NCBI RefSeq assembly: GCF_037042905.1
Contig: NC_087252.1
Location: 19,780,001-19,844,000 of the forward strand
Source of the DNA: Lytechinus pictus
Taxonomy: Eukaryota
Length of the DNA: 64,000 nt
Direction: 5' to 3'
The position numbers were made by a program, and so were the translations under genes. The notes beneath the pieces were generated by a model that did no database searches, was not told where the DNA came from, and saw only the letters and a program-made list of their open reading frames with translations. Below are positions 25,582 through 40,499 of this stretch, one piece after another (the first letter of the stretch is position 1; each line of letters begins with the position of its first letter).

Positions 25582-26839
25582 CACCTTGCTCAAGCTGTTT
25601 TCGCTCCGGGACGATCACACTTTTTCACAGCTCAGATTGGCATGTTGGTGAACTTATTAGCTTAGATTTCACGTTATTCATGCCTACATGAGCTGCATAC
25701 AACTGCTCTAATCGGTAGGATGTGGACGGACATTGCATTCGTAAGTTCAGCTATGTTTTCGACTTCAAAATTACGTTGAAAAAAAAATGGGAATTCGTTA
25801 GTCGTTACCAAACTTGCATTTGCAAAAAGCTGTGTAACAATACTAGTCCCGTGTATTTAAGTTTATGTACTGTAGTGAGCAGACCATTGGGGGGGGGGGG
25901 GTTGGTCTTTTCTGCACACCTAAAAAGTAAAATGGTTATGAATTATACAGGTTGAAGATATTTAGGCCTTGATCTTAATAAATAATGTAAAATTCATTCC
26001 GAGCAAAATGCTGAAAATTTCATTGAAATTGGATGACAACAAAAGTTATTGATGCCTGGCCGTACATGCCGTATGAAACTCTAACTAACGTTAGGCTACT
26101 CCACTCAGTGACTCACGCGTATTGCGAGGTTAGTATTAGTATACTAACCTCGCACCATTAACCACGTTTGGCAATGGATTTCTAACTAGTGGGTCACGCG
26201 TGATGTGATCCCACTTCTGGTGTCCACAACACACAACTTCTTTTCTATTGCTTGATTTTTCTGTGCGCGGTGGCATGTAATGAACCCTTGAGTGACTAGG
26301 CCTAAAAAACTCAGGCAATGGTTCGTATAGCCAGCCATTAAACACTCCACTATAGCCTATAGGTGAAGCAGAGGTTAGCAGTAGTGAAGTGTAGTGGAGC
26401 TTACACGAACTTGTGGTAGCCCTGGCCCCACTCATTACTAATACTAGTTCGAGGTTAGTGGCTACATATAGTTGCTACAGTACATGTATAGATCTATAGT
26501 ACTAACCTCGTACACCGAACTGCATTTGGCCCTGGATTTCTGTGAAGTTGGCAAACATCGCTTCATTACAATACATAATTAATATTTGCCGAAACTCCTC
26601 GCTACTCACTGGGGCGCTTTGCGGTGAGTAGCCATAATACAAAAAGTCAATAGTATATTTTTAATTAGGCCTAAATCAAAATCATATTTAAAAAAAAGCA
26701 AATTTGATTACTTTGGAGTTTGGACTAGAAAGTGACGTTGCGTGTCTCTTCTTTTTACGCAAATAAAAGGAAGCCTGATGGTGGCGCTAATAAATTTCAC
26801 AGCCTTGATTCAGGCTCGCTTCAAATGCAGCTCCTCGGT

Positions 26840-27480
26840 AATTATGCCCCCGCAGACAAAGTCCGGAGGGGGCATTAAGCGTTGCCCCTGTCCGTTGATT
26901 CGCCCGCCCCCCCAATTGGTTTCCGCGCAATAAATCGAAATATATTTCGATTTATATATATTGATTTAAAAAAAATTGGTGTGTAGGTACATGACACCAT
27001 AGTACAGGCTAACTTTGAATTCGGAGTCTGCAGGTCCAAGGTCACAGCTCATGAAATATCCGAGTTGGTTTCCGCATGATGACTTATGAAATATTCAACA
27101 GATTTATAAAAATTAGGGTGTGTAGGTAGATGACACCATATACAGGCTAAGTTCGGAGTCGGCAGGTCAAAGGTCACGGCTCATTAAACATGCAATTTAG
27201 TTTCCGCATGATTACTTATGAAATATTCTACATATTTAAACGAATTTGAGTGTGTAGGTAGACGACACCAAAATACAGGTCAAGTTCGAATTCATAGTCG
27301 GCAGGTCAAAGGTCACGGCTCATTAAATATGCAATTTAGTTTCCGCATGATTACTTATAAAATATTCTACATATTTAAACAAATTTGAGTGTGTAGGTAG
27401 ATGATACCAATACAGGCTAAGTTCGAATTCGGAGTATGCAGGTCAAAGATCACAGCTCCTTAAAGATATCTTATGAAATA
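26840..27480 (-). repeat. Helentron/HINE-like element end with ~140-bp tandem repeats (aaaggtcac / gtgtaggtag units)
   Basis: Terminal hairpin atgcccccgcagacaaagtccggagggggcat followed by 4 repeat units; second end at ~30779 and complementary gcgggggcat at ~31683. Confidence 0.55.
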
Positions 27481-29935
27481 TTCAACAGATTTTTAAAAAA
27501 TTTGGGTGTGTAGGTAGATGATGATGATGCACAGCATTTTTACAGCGGCGTAACAGGGTTCGGTGGCCAGGGGGGGGGGGGGGGTTGGCAAGAGCCAAAA
27601 ATTTCCCGGTCATATCATGGTATGAATAGGCGTAATGGTGTAGTAAGGCGACTATTTTGAGAAGGCCAGAACTTACCTTTAAAAAAAGTTGCGAGCGAGC
27701 GAAGCGAGCGAGCAATTTTTTTTATACCTTTTTAATACAAAAATCCAATTTTGTGATAGATTTTGACATGATATCCAGCTGATAATAAATTTATTTAATT
27801 CTTCTCTCTTTAGATTCCTTTTTTGTCACGGTGGTCTGTACGCCACTGTGAAGAGGATTCTTTGCGGCAGTAGCGTGAAGAGTAAAAAACAAAACAAAAA
27901 AACAACGAGGAGCGCAGTATAGAACATGTGCCAAAAGGCTGCTTTAGATATATAAGTCCTGAGCGAGCGAAGCAAGCGAGAAAAAAATCAACTTTTCATG
28001 AGAATCTAACTTTGAGCTATTTTTTAACATATTCAGTAATTAAAATCATATCCTACAATACTTTTCCAACAAAAAAGGAGGCAATTCCTCCTTTTTTTTT
28101 TCTTGGCTGTAGAACTTTTTGGGGCCATGGCCCAACCCTTCCATACGCAGTGCTGTGTGTTTGGGGTCCAGGGCAGAGCCCCAGGAACTTCTTGATATCA
28201 AAGCCATTTAAACCTTGCAGATTTCCCCAATTTTAATCAAATCGCGGGCATAATATAGCTTTTACACAACACATTTATTCAACCCAGTTGCGTAATGAAC
28301 CCAATATTTTGAGGGGGCAAAACATAGAAATGTGGGAAAAATTTGTGAAAAGTCGCCAGTGTGCAAAGCGAGCTGGAAAAATTGCCTATTGAAATTAAAA
28401 TCTAATTATGTGATAGATTTTTCCATTATTATCAGCAAATAACACATTTCCTTGTTTTTATTCATTTCATTATACGTCATGTACGTTGTCTCCTATAAAA
28501 TTTCTTTTATATCCTCTTGGGCGTGGAACCACGACCCCCCCCCCGCCTGTATGGCAGTGATTGAACGTGATTGAACGGGGGCGTTATAGAGCCATTTGAA
28601 GATTATAAATGAAGAGCCCCTACTTTGTGGGGTCTGGGGCAAAGCCCCGGTAGCTTATTTGCATAAAATTTAGAAAACTTATAGCACAATGTTGTATGCA
28701 GTCCATCTTTCTTCCCGCTCTTTAATTTCAATCATCAGCAGCCCGGTCGTGTTATTTTTTTTCTTGTTCCTTAAATTTTCTTTGTTTTCTAATTTAGCTC
28801 TTGACTAATTACATTCTACCTTCGTTTCCCGCTATTGTTTGCCTTTTTGTCATCTTTTAATTTATTTCCCACCGTGCTATTGCATTACATAGGCCCTTTT
28901 CTCAATGATTTGTTCTTTTTCAAATGTTAATTCTATCGTACATTTTCCCGCTTTCCTCCCTTTTTTACTAAAAACAGTTTTTTCTTCGTTGTCTTTTTCC
29001 TTTTCTCTTTCCATTTCCCTTTCCTCCTTTTCTTTCCCCTTTCCTTCCCCTTTACCTTTCTTTCTCCCTCCTTTTTTTCTTTTTCCCGTTGTTTTTTAAT
29101 TTTCCCGGTGAAATCCGCCAGGGGGGGGTAACTTGCCCCCCCTGCCCCCCCGCCTGTTACGCCACTGCATTTTTATAGCACCATATATCTGTCAAAGACA
29201 TTCAAAGGCATATTGGAGGAGCCAGCCAATCTGGGTCGCCTACAAGGGCGCGCACACAGAACTGTGACCCGCAGGTCTCTCCTCCCGATAACTGGTTGGG
29301 GGAATGCAGGTGGACCACTACACAGGGTCATTAAATATGCGAGTTGGTATCCTCATAATAACTTATAAAATTTCAACAGATTTTTTAAAAATTGGGTGTT
29401 TAGATAGATGACACCATAATACATGCAAATGAGCCTCGAAATTCGAAAATTATAATATTACATAATAATTCATAGAAAATGAATTATATTGTACACAAGT
29501 GGGATAAATCATTCAATAGTAATTGTAATGCACAGAATTATAACAAGTGTTGGTAAAACATCACAAAACCATTCATTTTAAAGTAGTAAAATAATTGAAT
29601 TGACAAAGATTCTACCACTTCAGGCCATCCATAATTGGACTCGTACTCGTCGCTGTCAGACCCTTATCAAGATTTTGATCAATTCTCTCTCTAATATACG
29701 CATAGAATTTATAAAATCGTGTGTTTCGGTATCTAAAGAGTTTATTCATGATGATAATATTTTGATGGTGTTTGGAATCCTAAAAACCTGTATAATTATC
29801 ATCATTTTAGGAAGAAAGCCTGTATGGTTTACTTAAACTATTCAAATTTTATATCTGGGGATACCCATCTCAATGTCCACATACATGTGATTTTTTTTTG
29901 TCATGAAATGAATTACTGATAATTTCATTTCATCA

Positions 29936-30469
29936 CCCGGGGGGGGGGGGGCACTCAGTATATAATGCATAGTGGGTATGTGCCGCGGAGGGGACCCCCA
30001 TTTTTACACTCAAATTTCCGTTCCAAGGCATAGCATTTTTGTCTTATTGAGAAAAAGAACAAAGAAAGCCGCTCCAAGGCATAGCATCCTTCTTATCGAG
30101 AAAAAAGAAGAAAGAAATCAGCTCCAAAGCTTCGCATATTTTTCGTTACGCCGTTCCGGTCGCATTGATCTGCTACAATTTTGGTGAAAAGCGGCCATAG
30201 AGCGCTTTTCGACCATCGCCTAAGCGCGAGCGCACCCGGCGGAGGCCGCGCTAGCTGCGTCATGCACGATTGCCCGTTCCATAGGGATGCATACGCACTC
30301 ACAGAGATACGGAGATCCGTTCCGAGGACCCCCGTTTTCACAAACATTTGTAGTTCCGAAGCCCGTTCCGAGGACCCTCCTTTTTACAATAAGCCCGCTC
30401 CAAGGCCCCCGTTTTTTGCCTCGCCCGCGGCACACCCCTACCACTTTTTTGGTCGAGTGCCCCCCCGGG
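29936..30469. mobile_element. GC-rich MITE with CCCGGGG ends, superfamily unassigned
   Basis: 8-bp TSD TTTCATCA; TIR CCCG(n)CACTC / GAGTGC(n)GGG. Confidence 0.8.
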
Positions 30470-31080
30470 TTTCATCAGCAATTTAATGCCCATGTCTGCA
30501 TGTTTGAGTATGTTTTATGCATATTTCGCCTCTGCTATTATTTTGATAGGATGTATTTCCAAATTCATCACAATAATTGTAAGTTTTATCATAATTTTAC
30601 TTTTTGAAAATTATGCTATTTTTGTTCCACCAATAATATCAATATGACGATATCAATGGATTCTAGTTAATCCTTTTGGGTAAGATTGGAACTAACTCTG
30701 TGTTTAATAGATAAAGATATATGACTAACTTGTCCAGGTAATGAGAAATGGGCCCCTGCTGAGTAGGCCTAGAGTTTTTATGCCCCAGCAGACAAAGCCC
30801 GGAAGGGGCAGTAAGCGTTGCCCCTGTCCGTCCCCCCACTTGGTTTCTGCGCAATAACTCGAAAAATATTTAATGGATTTTAAAAAATTTTGGTGTGTAG
30901 GTAGATGACCACAAAATACAGGCTAAGTTCGAATTCGGTGTACGCAGGTCAAAGGTCACATCTCATTATATATGCAAGTCGGTTCAAAGGTCTAAATTTG
31001 TTAATTAATTATATATATGCATATTGGTTTCTGCATGATATTAAGTTCAATCATATTGAATGGATTTCTGATCGCGTTAA

Positions 31081-31678
31081 GGGGGAATCCAGCCTTGGCC
31101 ATTAAATGTTGTGTTGGGAAGGAGAAAAATAAATTAAACAGAATGGTGAAAGTTTGAAAGAAATCAGACAAGCAATAAGAAAGTTATAGCTGCTTTAAAA
31201 TTGAGATCACTAATACTATGTAGATTTCAAATTGGCAACTGGATAAGTAAATTATGACAAGGGGCAAGGACAACTTTCCCATAGGCCATGTACTTTATTA
31301 TCAGGGATTAGTGGTTTTCTCCTAAGTACCCATTCCCCTGGGGCAGTAATCTAAATATAACCCAGGTAGTATATTGTTTTATGTCCTCATGAAAGAAAAA
31401 TATTAATTTGAAATAAAACTTTTGGGAAAAAAATCACATTTTCGCCATAATATGAATTGGAGTACATGGAAGAGTAGTCCTTGCCTTACATCACTATGAC
31501 ATCCCATATGCAGCCAATTTGAAGTCTCCATGGGTACAGTGATTACCAATATTTACAACTTTTAAAAATTCATAACTTTCTTGTTGTTTGTCCAATATTG
31601 TTCAAACTTTCACCTATCAACTTGTCTGATTTTTCTTTTCCTTATAAAAACAATTTTTTATTTGGGTTGGATTCCCCT
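31081..31678. mobile_element. Kolobok-like MITE present only in the left arm
   Basis: TTAA|GGGGGAATCC...GGATTCCCCT|TTAT; mirror arm has the empty site (tgcccctgcttaacgcgatc, ~42211-42230). Confidence 0.85.
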
Positions 31679-34250
31679 TTATGCGGGGGCATCTGTGTCC
31701 TTTGGACAAGTCAAATTTTCTTAATTATGTGTAATTGATTTTATGACATGTGTTTACATTTTCTGCAGATTCCCATTCAGCCGTTGGACTGAACCTGTAC
31801 TGTCTGTAACACAGTATGGATGGTCAATATGAAGCGAGCTTCATTGAATTCCTCCAAGAGCTCTGTACTCCGTTCTGACCATTTTGAAGATGGTTGCTTT
31901 GACAGGACTGGGCAAGTGACTCGTCTTAGACAGGATGCTGTCCCAACCATGTTTGATTTCCTGCCTCGTCTTCAGAAGGTACAGTAGATCTATATCATAC
32001 ATGTGTTCTAAAGAAATATTTTCTCTGTATTATCTACCTTTGGTTTGATAGAACATTGCTTTAAATATTCCATTTTCAGTAGCCAAATAGAGATGAAAAT
32101 TATCCTATTTGGGAGGCTAACCATGGACCTGGGCCTATACTGTGTATTTACAGTAAACTCTTACTAAATGAACAAATATATTAAAAATTTGGTTTACCCT
32201 ACATAATAATCCTGGGCTACTTTGAGATTGCATAGCCCGGGGGGGGGGGGGGGCTTTTTGGTCCCCCTCTTCAGATCTCCATGCACTGTCGATCGCAACG
32301 AAAACCGATGCACACGTCACCATCAATGTAATCTGCAAGCATGGAGCTCGACATTTTTTTTACCGCGTCACTCGTTGACTTTTTACTTTCAAGTCTTGCG
32401 CAACTTTTGAGACCAAAATTGTGACCCCCAGGTACAGGGTTCCGAAATTACGCAACATTTCGTAACTGCATGCAGAACCAAAATTGCTCAAAAACGTGTA
32501 TTTGTGTACAAATCCAATGCAAGTAGTGTTTTTAGCCAAAATTTATAAAATGTATCATATTTTTCCTTTTACTGCTCAAAATCAATTAATTTTATCTTGT
32601 TTATGGTAAAAAAAAACGTCTCCGACAATTTCCATTGAAAAAACAATAAAAAACAAAAAGTCGAAAAACACAGAAATACATAAGAAATTTAGAAAACAAT
32701 AAAATACATAAAAAATGAATGTGATGTTGACAACTTTTTTAAAAATTAATTTAATCAGATGCCTATAAAGAGTAAGTGAAACAAAAATGAGCATTTTTGG
32801 GGGCATTATTTTGTTAATTAGAGCAAACTTATGATTTTACGCATTTATTAACATAATGAGCAATGAGATTTTTCGCAGATTTTGATATTATGGTATTGTA
32901 GATAATGCCATGGGTAACGCGCGTGCCAATTTTCGTCGCGATTGCGAGATCAACGGCCGAGATCATAAGGGGGGCTGAATCAGCCCCCCCCCCCCCGTCT
33001 TCTTAGGCGTCGAAATAGCCCAGTCTATTTAGGGTTAAAGATAAATCCCTAAATAATTCCCCAAATTCTATGATTTCTAAACAAATGTGCTCCTGAAGAA
33101 ATGGTAAATCAAATTTCTACTTTTATGTATTTTATTGGTTCTATAATTCCATACGTATTTCTTTGTTTTGGGGCCTTATGTATTTTATAGTTTTTTTTCA
33201 ATGGGATCACTTCGTGGCACTATTCCAATTATAAAAAGCAAGATTTGATTATTTCCAACCAATTAGTGCAAGAATAATGATGCATTTGTCAATTATGACT
33301 GAAAATAGAATTTCCATTGGATTAAATATGTATACAAAATAATATTTTTGAGCAATTTTCGGTCCAACATGAACTCATAAAATGTTGCGTAACTGCGTAT
33401 CTGGGCGTCTCGAATTTTGTCTAAAAGCTCTGCGAGAATTGAACGAAAAAGAAAATTGTACCTCGTTTCTCATTGTGGACTTATCGTGAAAAATGTGGAT
33501 GGGGGGGCTTATTAAGCCCCCCCCCCAGGGGCTAGATAGGGTTAATATATCATCATGAATATTTAAAAAAAAAACATTTATTTTGTTGCAAGTCACTGGA
33601 AAAGGTTTGATTCCTAAATAAATATTATTCTTCATGTATTATCGAATATTTAATTGAAAAATTTAAAGCTATCTTTTCATTCTTCTATCTGTTTTTGTTC
33701 AATATTTCTTATATGTTTCTTTTTTTTAATTCATTCATCTCGTACAGAATTCACCCAAGCCAAGGAATTCCCCGAAAGAAAGACGTTTTGATTCAGCAAA
33801 CAACCTCCCAGATACTGCAAAGTCTTCAGCACCTTCATTTCTCGAGGACCACTCCTACTCAATATCAGAAAGTCCAAGAGAGGTAAAGTGGAAGATAACA
33901 GCAATAATGGACTGTATTAAGAACTTGGAGAAGAGGCTGAAAACCACACACGAGAAGTCCCGCCGTGTACATTACTTGCTCTTAAGTTTGGACAAACATA
34001 ACTTGCAAAACTTTACAACAAATAATTACCCCAATGTGCATTCTGATTATTTAAAATAGCTCAATGAAATAGTTTATCAGTGGGCATGTAACAAAAGTGA
34101 ATTCATTAAATTTGAACGTGTTGCAAAAATGATGTCTTACAGTATATTCATTCTGACTTAGAATGTCAGAAGAGAAAAAAGTTTGTGAAAAGTAGGAATG
34201 ACGGCAAGATGACAGAAGAATAGAACAGGATAGAGCAAGGGGGACAGATA

Positions 34251-34851
34251 AAGGACAAGTCCACCCCAAAAATTGTTGATATGAATAAAAAGAGAAAAAT
34301 CCAACAAGCATAACACTGAAAATTTGATAAAAAATCGGATGTAAAATAAAAAAGTTATGACATTTAAAAATTTTGCTAAATTTTACAAAAGAGTTATATG
34401 CACATTCTGTACACAGTCAGTATGCAAATGAGGAGACTGATGACGTCATCCACTCACTATTTCATTTGATATATAGAATAAGGTATATTCTAATTTTCTC
34501 CTTGTCATGTTAAACAAAATTTTATTCCTCCCTGATCATGTGGAATTAGCATTATTCAATACTTTTTTGGTTCAGTAAAGTTTGTCCTTATGGTAAAATC
34601 TGTAAAAAATGAAATATTGTATAATTCAAACAATAAAAAACAAAATAAACAGTGAGTGAGGGACATTATCGACTGTCTCATTTGCATGTCACTGAGTTGT
34701 GAATATTTTTGTTTTGTGAAAAATAAGTGAAAATTTAAAATGCCATAACTTTCTTAGTTTACATCCCATTTTGATGAAATTTGCAGCGTTATGCTAGTTT
34801 GATTTTTCTCAATTTAACTGAACCAACAATTTTCTTGGGTAGACTTGACCT
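34251..34851. mobile_element. Kolobok-like MITE present only in the left arm
   Basis: aaggacaagtccaccc...gggtagacttgacctt; absent at the mirror position ~38955. Confidence 0.8.
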
Positions 34852-36116
34852 TTACTAATGAGCTGTTGGATAGAGACAAAAAGATGAATTGAGATTGAGG
34901 GTGATAGAGAAAGAGAGACAGGTGTGGGGGAGCCTATGATGAATGCCTGAGAAAGCGAACATTACCATAATTTTTTTTTTGAGGATTTGGACAGTAATGA
35001 AAAGTACATGTTTTTTCTGTTGGTATTTCTCAAAATATGTGTATGTTGTATGTAATGAAATGGGTATAATCCTTTTGTAAGATACACTCATTCAGAAAAT
35101 ATTAACTAAACAAAAAAAAAAGCCAAATTATATTTTACTTATTTTCAACTGTTCAGACACTCTCATATCAAAAGTACCCCCCCCCCTCATTTCAAGGTAT
35201 TGGAGAGAGAGAGAGGTTGGATGAGAAATGGATTGGCTGTCTGCAGAAAAAAATGCAGGGGGAGCAAAACATTTTTAGGATATGTTCAAGGGAGCGAAGC
35301 GACCGAGCAGAAAAATTATTCTGGGGATATATGTGAGAGAGCAAAGTGACGAGAAGAACAAATGCAGGGGCCAAAATATTTCGAGAATATGTGAGAGGGA
35401 GCAAAGTGACCAAGCAGAAGTAAAAGGAAAGAGGGACAAAAATTGTGGTATGTGTGAGGGAGCAAAGCATCCGATAAAAAAAACCAGAAAGCAGGTCAAT
35501 CAAAATATTTTTCAAATTTGTGCTGGTGCGCGACACGTTCACTCCCGAGCGATAGGGACTTGTTTAAAAATGGCATAGGAAATATGCGTTTTCTATAATC
35601 ATGGTAAACTGATAATATGGTAGAATTTAGGTGTTGTAAGAGTTAAATTCTGAATGAACTGTATTGGCTGGTTAGACATGCGCAGAGGATTATTTGTCTT
35701 TATCCATTTTTATTTTCACATTTTTCTTTTGTTTGAATTTATTTTCCAGGGGGTAAGCCCCCCCTCCCCCCATTCCTGTGGATACCAATGGGGCGGGGGC
35801 TTGGAATAGTGCAAGTTAGAAAGGGTGAATCTGAACTTTATAGATATCAAAAGAGAAAGAAAGAATTGTAAAATGAAAATGAATAAAAACAAAGATAGAG
35901 AGGGGGAGAGTGAGAAAGCAGGTGAACTTTCGAGGGGCATTAAAAAGTCTCAGATTAAAAACAAAATTTTTGTTTTTGTAATTGTTTATTTTATTTACCC
36001 AGGGTCAGTCAAAATATTTTGGAATATGTGCGAGGGAGCGACACATTCACTCCCGAGCGGTAGGGACTTGTTTTAGGAAACATGCGTTTTCTAAGAATGG
36101 TAAACCCATATTTTAA

Positions 36117-37525
36117 GGTAAATTGCCAATTCGTCTACTGCCATACAGTCCACTCACCACATGGTCTACCTTCATTTTGTCTATAAATGCCATTTCGTCC
36201 AATAGCAATTTCGTTTACCACCCATTTAGTCTAATTCTATTAAGGCTAATGCCATCTCCATTAATCAGTTCGTCCAATGTTCATTTAGTCCAAGCCATGT
36301 TGGCTAATATCAGTTGGTCCAATATCCAAATTATCTACCGGATAATTGTCATTTCGTCTATCATTTCGTCCACCACCCATTAGGTCCAATAATCAGTTTG
36401 TCTAACAACCAAATCGCCCAGTTCGTCCAATTCTCAAATCGTCCAATAGTCATTTAGTCTAATAGCCAATTGGTCCAATAGCCATGTTGTCTAATACAAA
36501 TATAATGCATCATCCGGGGGGGGGGGGGGGACGAAATGACTTCTTAAATATACCTTGAAATTCCTGAAGATAAAAAAATATATAACTAGGCCTGCTATCA
36601 GGAATGGAATGATGCGGTACAGCATGCAGCCTCCTACCCCCCCCCCCCGCTCTCTCTACCACATCACGCACACAAAAGGGGGAATTGGAGTGGTTAAAAT
36701 TGATAAAATTGAAATAGGGTCCTTTGATTTGGAATTTACCCTCATTTCTTTTTTTTTACAAATGCACACCTAAAAATGATAATCATCACTCATCATATAA
36801 CAATGATAATAATTGTAATAATAGTAATTAATGATAGTACTAATAAACAAGAAATGTACTATAATAATAACGATAACAGCCTTGGACGGTACAAAAAAAT
36901 TAAAAAGAGAGAAAAGTGGGAAAGGATGGGGAGAACATTACATAAAAACATAAAATGTATTACAATGGAGCTTAAAAAAACACTAATAAAAGATTAATCA
37001 AACGACAGGTGTAAATTAATAACAAATCACAAGAGCAACAGGAGTCGAGGTAGCAATACACAGGCACCAAACTAGAAGGACTGCTAGTAGTAGACTATTC
37101 CTATTTGATTGTAGACGAAACGAATATTGACCGGGATGGCAATTGGACCCATTGATGATTAGACCAAATGATTGTTAGATGAAATGGGTTTAGACTAAGT
37201 GACAGTGGATCAACTGCAGTTGGACAAAATGGAACATAGACAAAATGTAAGTAGACTAAGTGGTCAGTGGCCATTTGCCCTTAGACCAATTGGCTATTGG
37301 ACTAAATGGTAATAGACATAATGAAAATGGACAAAGTGGCTATTGGACAAATTGGCCAAAAATGCAATTAGACCAAATGAAAGTAGACAAATTGGTTATT
37401 AGACGAACTAGCTATTGGACAAAATGGTAATTGGAAGATGTGGAAAAGGAACAACTGATGGTAGATGAAATGACATACCATTTGGTGAGTGGACAAAATG
37501 GCAGTAGACGAAATGGCAATAAACC
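36117..37525. mobile_element. Foldback element with GG..CC ends (MULE-like) near the centre of the giant palindrome
   Basis: ggtaaattgccaattcgtctactgccat ... atggcagtagacgaaatggcaataaacc. Degenerate 8-bp TSD (tattttaa / tattatag); the inverted copy near 38215-38225 shows the empty site. Confidence 0.7.
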
Positions 37526-40499
37526 TATTATAGGCCTACGGTAGAATTTAGGTGTTTTACGAGTCAAATTCTGAATGAACTGTATTGGCTGGTAAGACAT
37601 GCGGCAAGGATCTGTGTCTCTTATCCATTTTTATTTTTCAAATTTCTTTTGTTTGATTTCAGTTTTCAGGGGAAGCCCCCCCCCCCCCCCTCCTGTGGAA
37701 GCCAGTGGGGCTGGGGCTTAGAATAGTGCACGATAGAAAGGGAAAAAACGGAACTTTAGATATCAAAAGAGAAACAAAGAATTGTAAAAATGGGTGAGCT
37801 TTCGAGGGGCATAAGAAAGTCTGAGATTAGAAACATCATTTTTATTTATTTCTTTATTCATTTATTCTGTTTTATTTACCAAGGGTAGCCTCTTCAGTAC
37901 AAAACTGCTTTACAAGAGAGCACTGCACATCTAAATGTATTTATCAGCATTAATAGTTTATACACAATTTTTAAAATGAGCGCGAAGCTCAGGATAATGT
38001 TTGATATTCCAACCAGAAAAATTGGCATTTTAAGCATATAATCCCCTGCCCCATTGGCATCCACAGGAGGGTGGGCCTTTCTGCCTGGAAACTGAAATCA
38101 AAAGAAAAGTGTGGAAAATGGATGAAAGACAAAGATCCTCTGCGCATGTCTTACCAGCAAATGCAGCTCATTCAGAATCTAACTCTTAGAGCACCTAAAT
38201 TCTACCGTAGGCCTACAATATGTGTTTACCATGCTTAGAAAACGCATATTTCTTAAGCTATTTTTAAACAAGTCCCTACTGCTCAAGAGTGACCGAGTCG
38301 CTTCCTCACACATATTCGAAAATATTTTGACCTGCTTTTTTTATCGGTTGCTTTGCTCCCTCACATACCCCAACAATTTTATGTCCTCTACATTTCTTCT
38401 GCTTGGTCACTTCGCTCCCTCTCACATATTCCCCAAATCTCTTGTCTCTTGCATTTTTCTTCTCTGTCATTTCGCTCTCTCGCATATATTGCAAAATAAT
38501 TTTCTGCTGTCGCTTCGCTCCCTTGCACATATCCCAAAATTTTTTTGCCCCCCCCCGTATTTTTTTTTCTGCAGACAGCCATGTCCCGTTCATACTCTCT
38601 CTCCAATACATTGAAATGATGGGGGGGGGGGGGGCACTTTGGATATGAGAGTTACTGAACAATTGAAAATCAGTGAATTATTTGGCTTTTTTTCTTTTGT
38701 TTAGTTAATATTTTCTGTGTGAGTGAAACTTCCGAAGGATTATACCCGTTTCGTTACATAAAACATACAAGTATTTTGAGAAATACCAACAGAAAAAAAA
38801 CCCCAGATTCTTCCTGACTGTTCAAATCCTTAAAAAAATTATGGTAATCTTCGCTTTCTCAGGCATTGATCACAGGCTCCCCCAACACCCGTCTCTCTTT
38901 CTCTATCACCCCCATTCTTAATTCATCTTTTTGTCTCTATCCAACAGCTCATTCATATCTATCGCCTTGTTCTATCCTGTTCTATTCTTCTGTCAGCTTG
39001 CTGTCATTCCTACTTTTCACAAACTTTTTTCTCTTCTGACATTCTAAGTCAGAATGAATATACTGTAAGACATCATTTTTGCAACACGTTCAAATTTAAT
39101 GAATGCACTTTTGTTACATGCCCAGTGGTAAACTTTTTCATTGAGCTATTTTAAATAATCAGAATGCACATAGCGTAAATTATTTGTTGTAAAGTTTTGC
39201 GAGTCATGTTTGTCCAAACTTAAGAGCAAGTAATGTACACGGCGGGACTTCTGCTGTGTGGTTTCAGCCTCTTCTCCAAGTTTTTAATAGTCCATTATTG
39301 CTGTTATCTTCCACTTTACCCCTCTTGGACTTTCTGATATTGAGTAGGAGTGGTCCTCGAGAAATGAAGGTGCTGAAGACTTTGCAGTATCTGGGAGGTT
39401 GTTTGCTGAATCAAAACGTCTTTCTTTCGGGGAATTCCTTGGCTTGGATGAACTCTGTACGAGATGAATGAAAAAAAAAAGAAACATATAAGAAATATTG
39501 AACAAAAACAGATAGAAGAATGAAAAGATAGCTTTAAATTTTTCAATTAAATATTCGATAATACATGAAGAATAATATTTATTTAGGAATCAAACCTTTT
39601 CCAGTGACTTGCAACAAAATAAATGTGTTTTTTTTAAATATTCATGATGATATATTAACCCTATCTAGCCCCTGGGGGGGGGGGGGGGGGCTTAATAAGC
39701 TTAATAAGCCCCCCCATCCACATTTTTCACGATAAGTCCACAATGAGAAACGAGGTACCACAATTTTTTTTTCGTTCAATTCTCGCAGAGCTTTTAGACA
39801 AAATTCGAGACGCCCAGATACGCAGTTACGCAACATTTTATGAGTTCATGTTGGACCGAAAATTGCTCAAAAATATTATTTTGTATACATATTTAATCCA
39901 ATGGAAATTCTATTTTCAGTCATAATTGACAAATGCATCATTATTCTTGCACTAATTGGTTGGAAATAATCAAATCTTGCTTTTTATAATTGGAATAGTG
40001 CCACGAAGTGATCCCATTGAAAAAAAACTATAAAATACATAAGGCCCCAAAACAAAGAAATACGTATGGAATTATAGAACCAATAAAATACATAAAAGTA
40101 GAAATTTGATTTACCATTTCTTCAGGAGCACATTTGTTTAGAAATCATAGAATTTGGGGAATTATTTAGGGATTTATCTTTAACCCTAAATAGACTGGGC
40201 TATTTCGACGCCTAAGAAGACGGGGGAGGGGGCTGATTCAGCCCCCCTTATGATCTCGGCCGTTGATCTTGCAATCGCGACGAAAATTGGCACGCGCGTT
40301 ACCCATGGCATTATCTACAATACCATAATATCAAAATCTGCTCAAAAATATTATTTTGTATACATATTTAATCCAATGGAAATTCTATTTTCAGTCATAA
40401 TTGACAAAGGCATCATTATTCTTGCACTGATTGGTTGAAAATAATAAAATCTTTGCTTTTTATAATTGGAATAGTACCACGAAGTGATCTCATTGAAAA

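Larger units (their letters stand above)
25680..33975 (+). pseudogene. THAP zinc-finger gene remnant, left arm (exons ~25680-25744, 31769-31978, 33748-~33975)
   Basis: Exon 1 MPT*AAYNCSNR*; exon 2 (ctgcag|..AAG|gtacag) FPFSR..WMVNMKR..VLRSDHFEDGCFDRTGQVTRLRQDAVPTMFDF; exon 3 contains DHSY and coiled-coil-like SPREVKWKITAIMDCIKNLEKRLKTTHEKSRR. Carries stops, frameshifts and a Cys->Arg change. Confidence 0.85.

Noticed and set aside
33975..34095. Possible P-transposase C-terminal remnant after the THAP coiled coil
   Set aside because: Similarity requires multiple edits and cannot be supported without an alignment.
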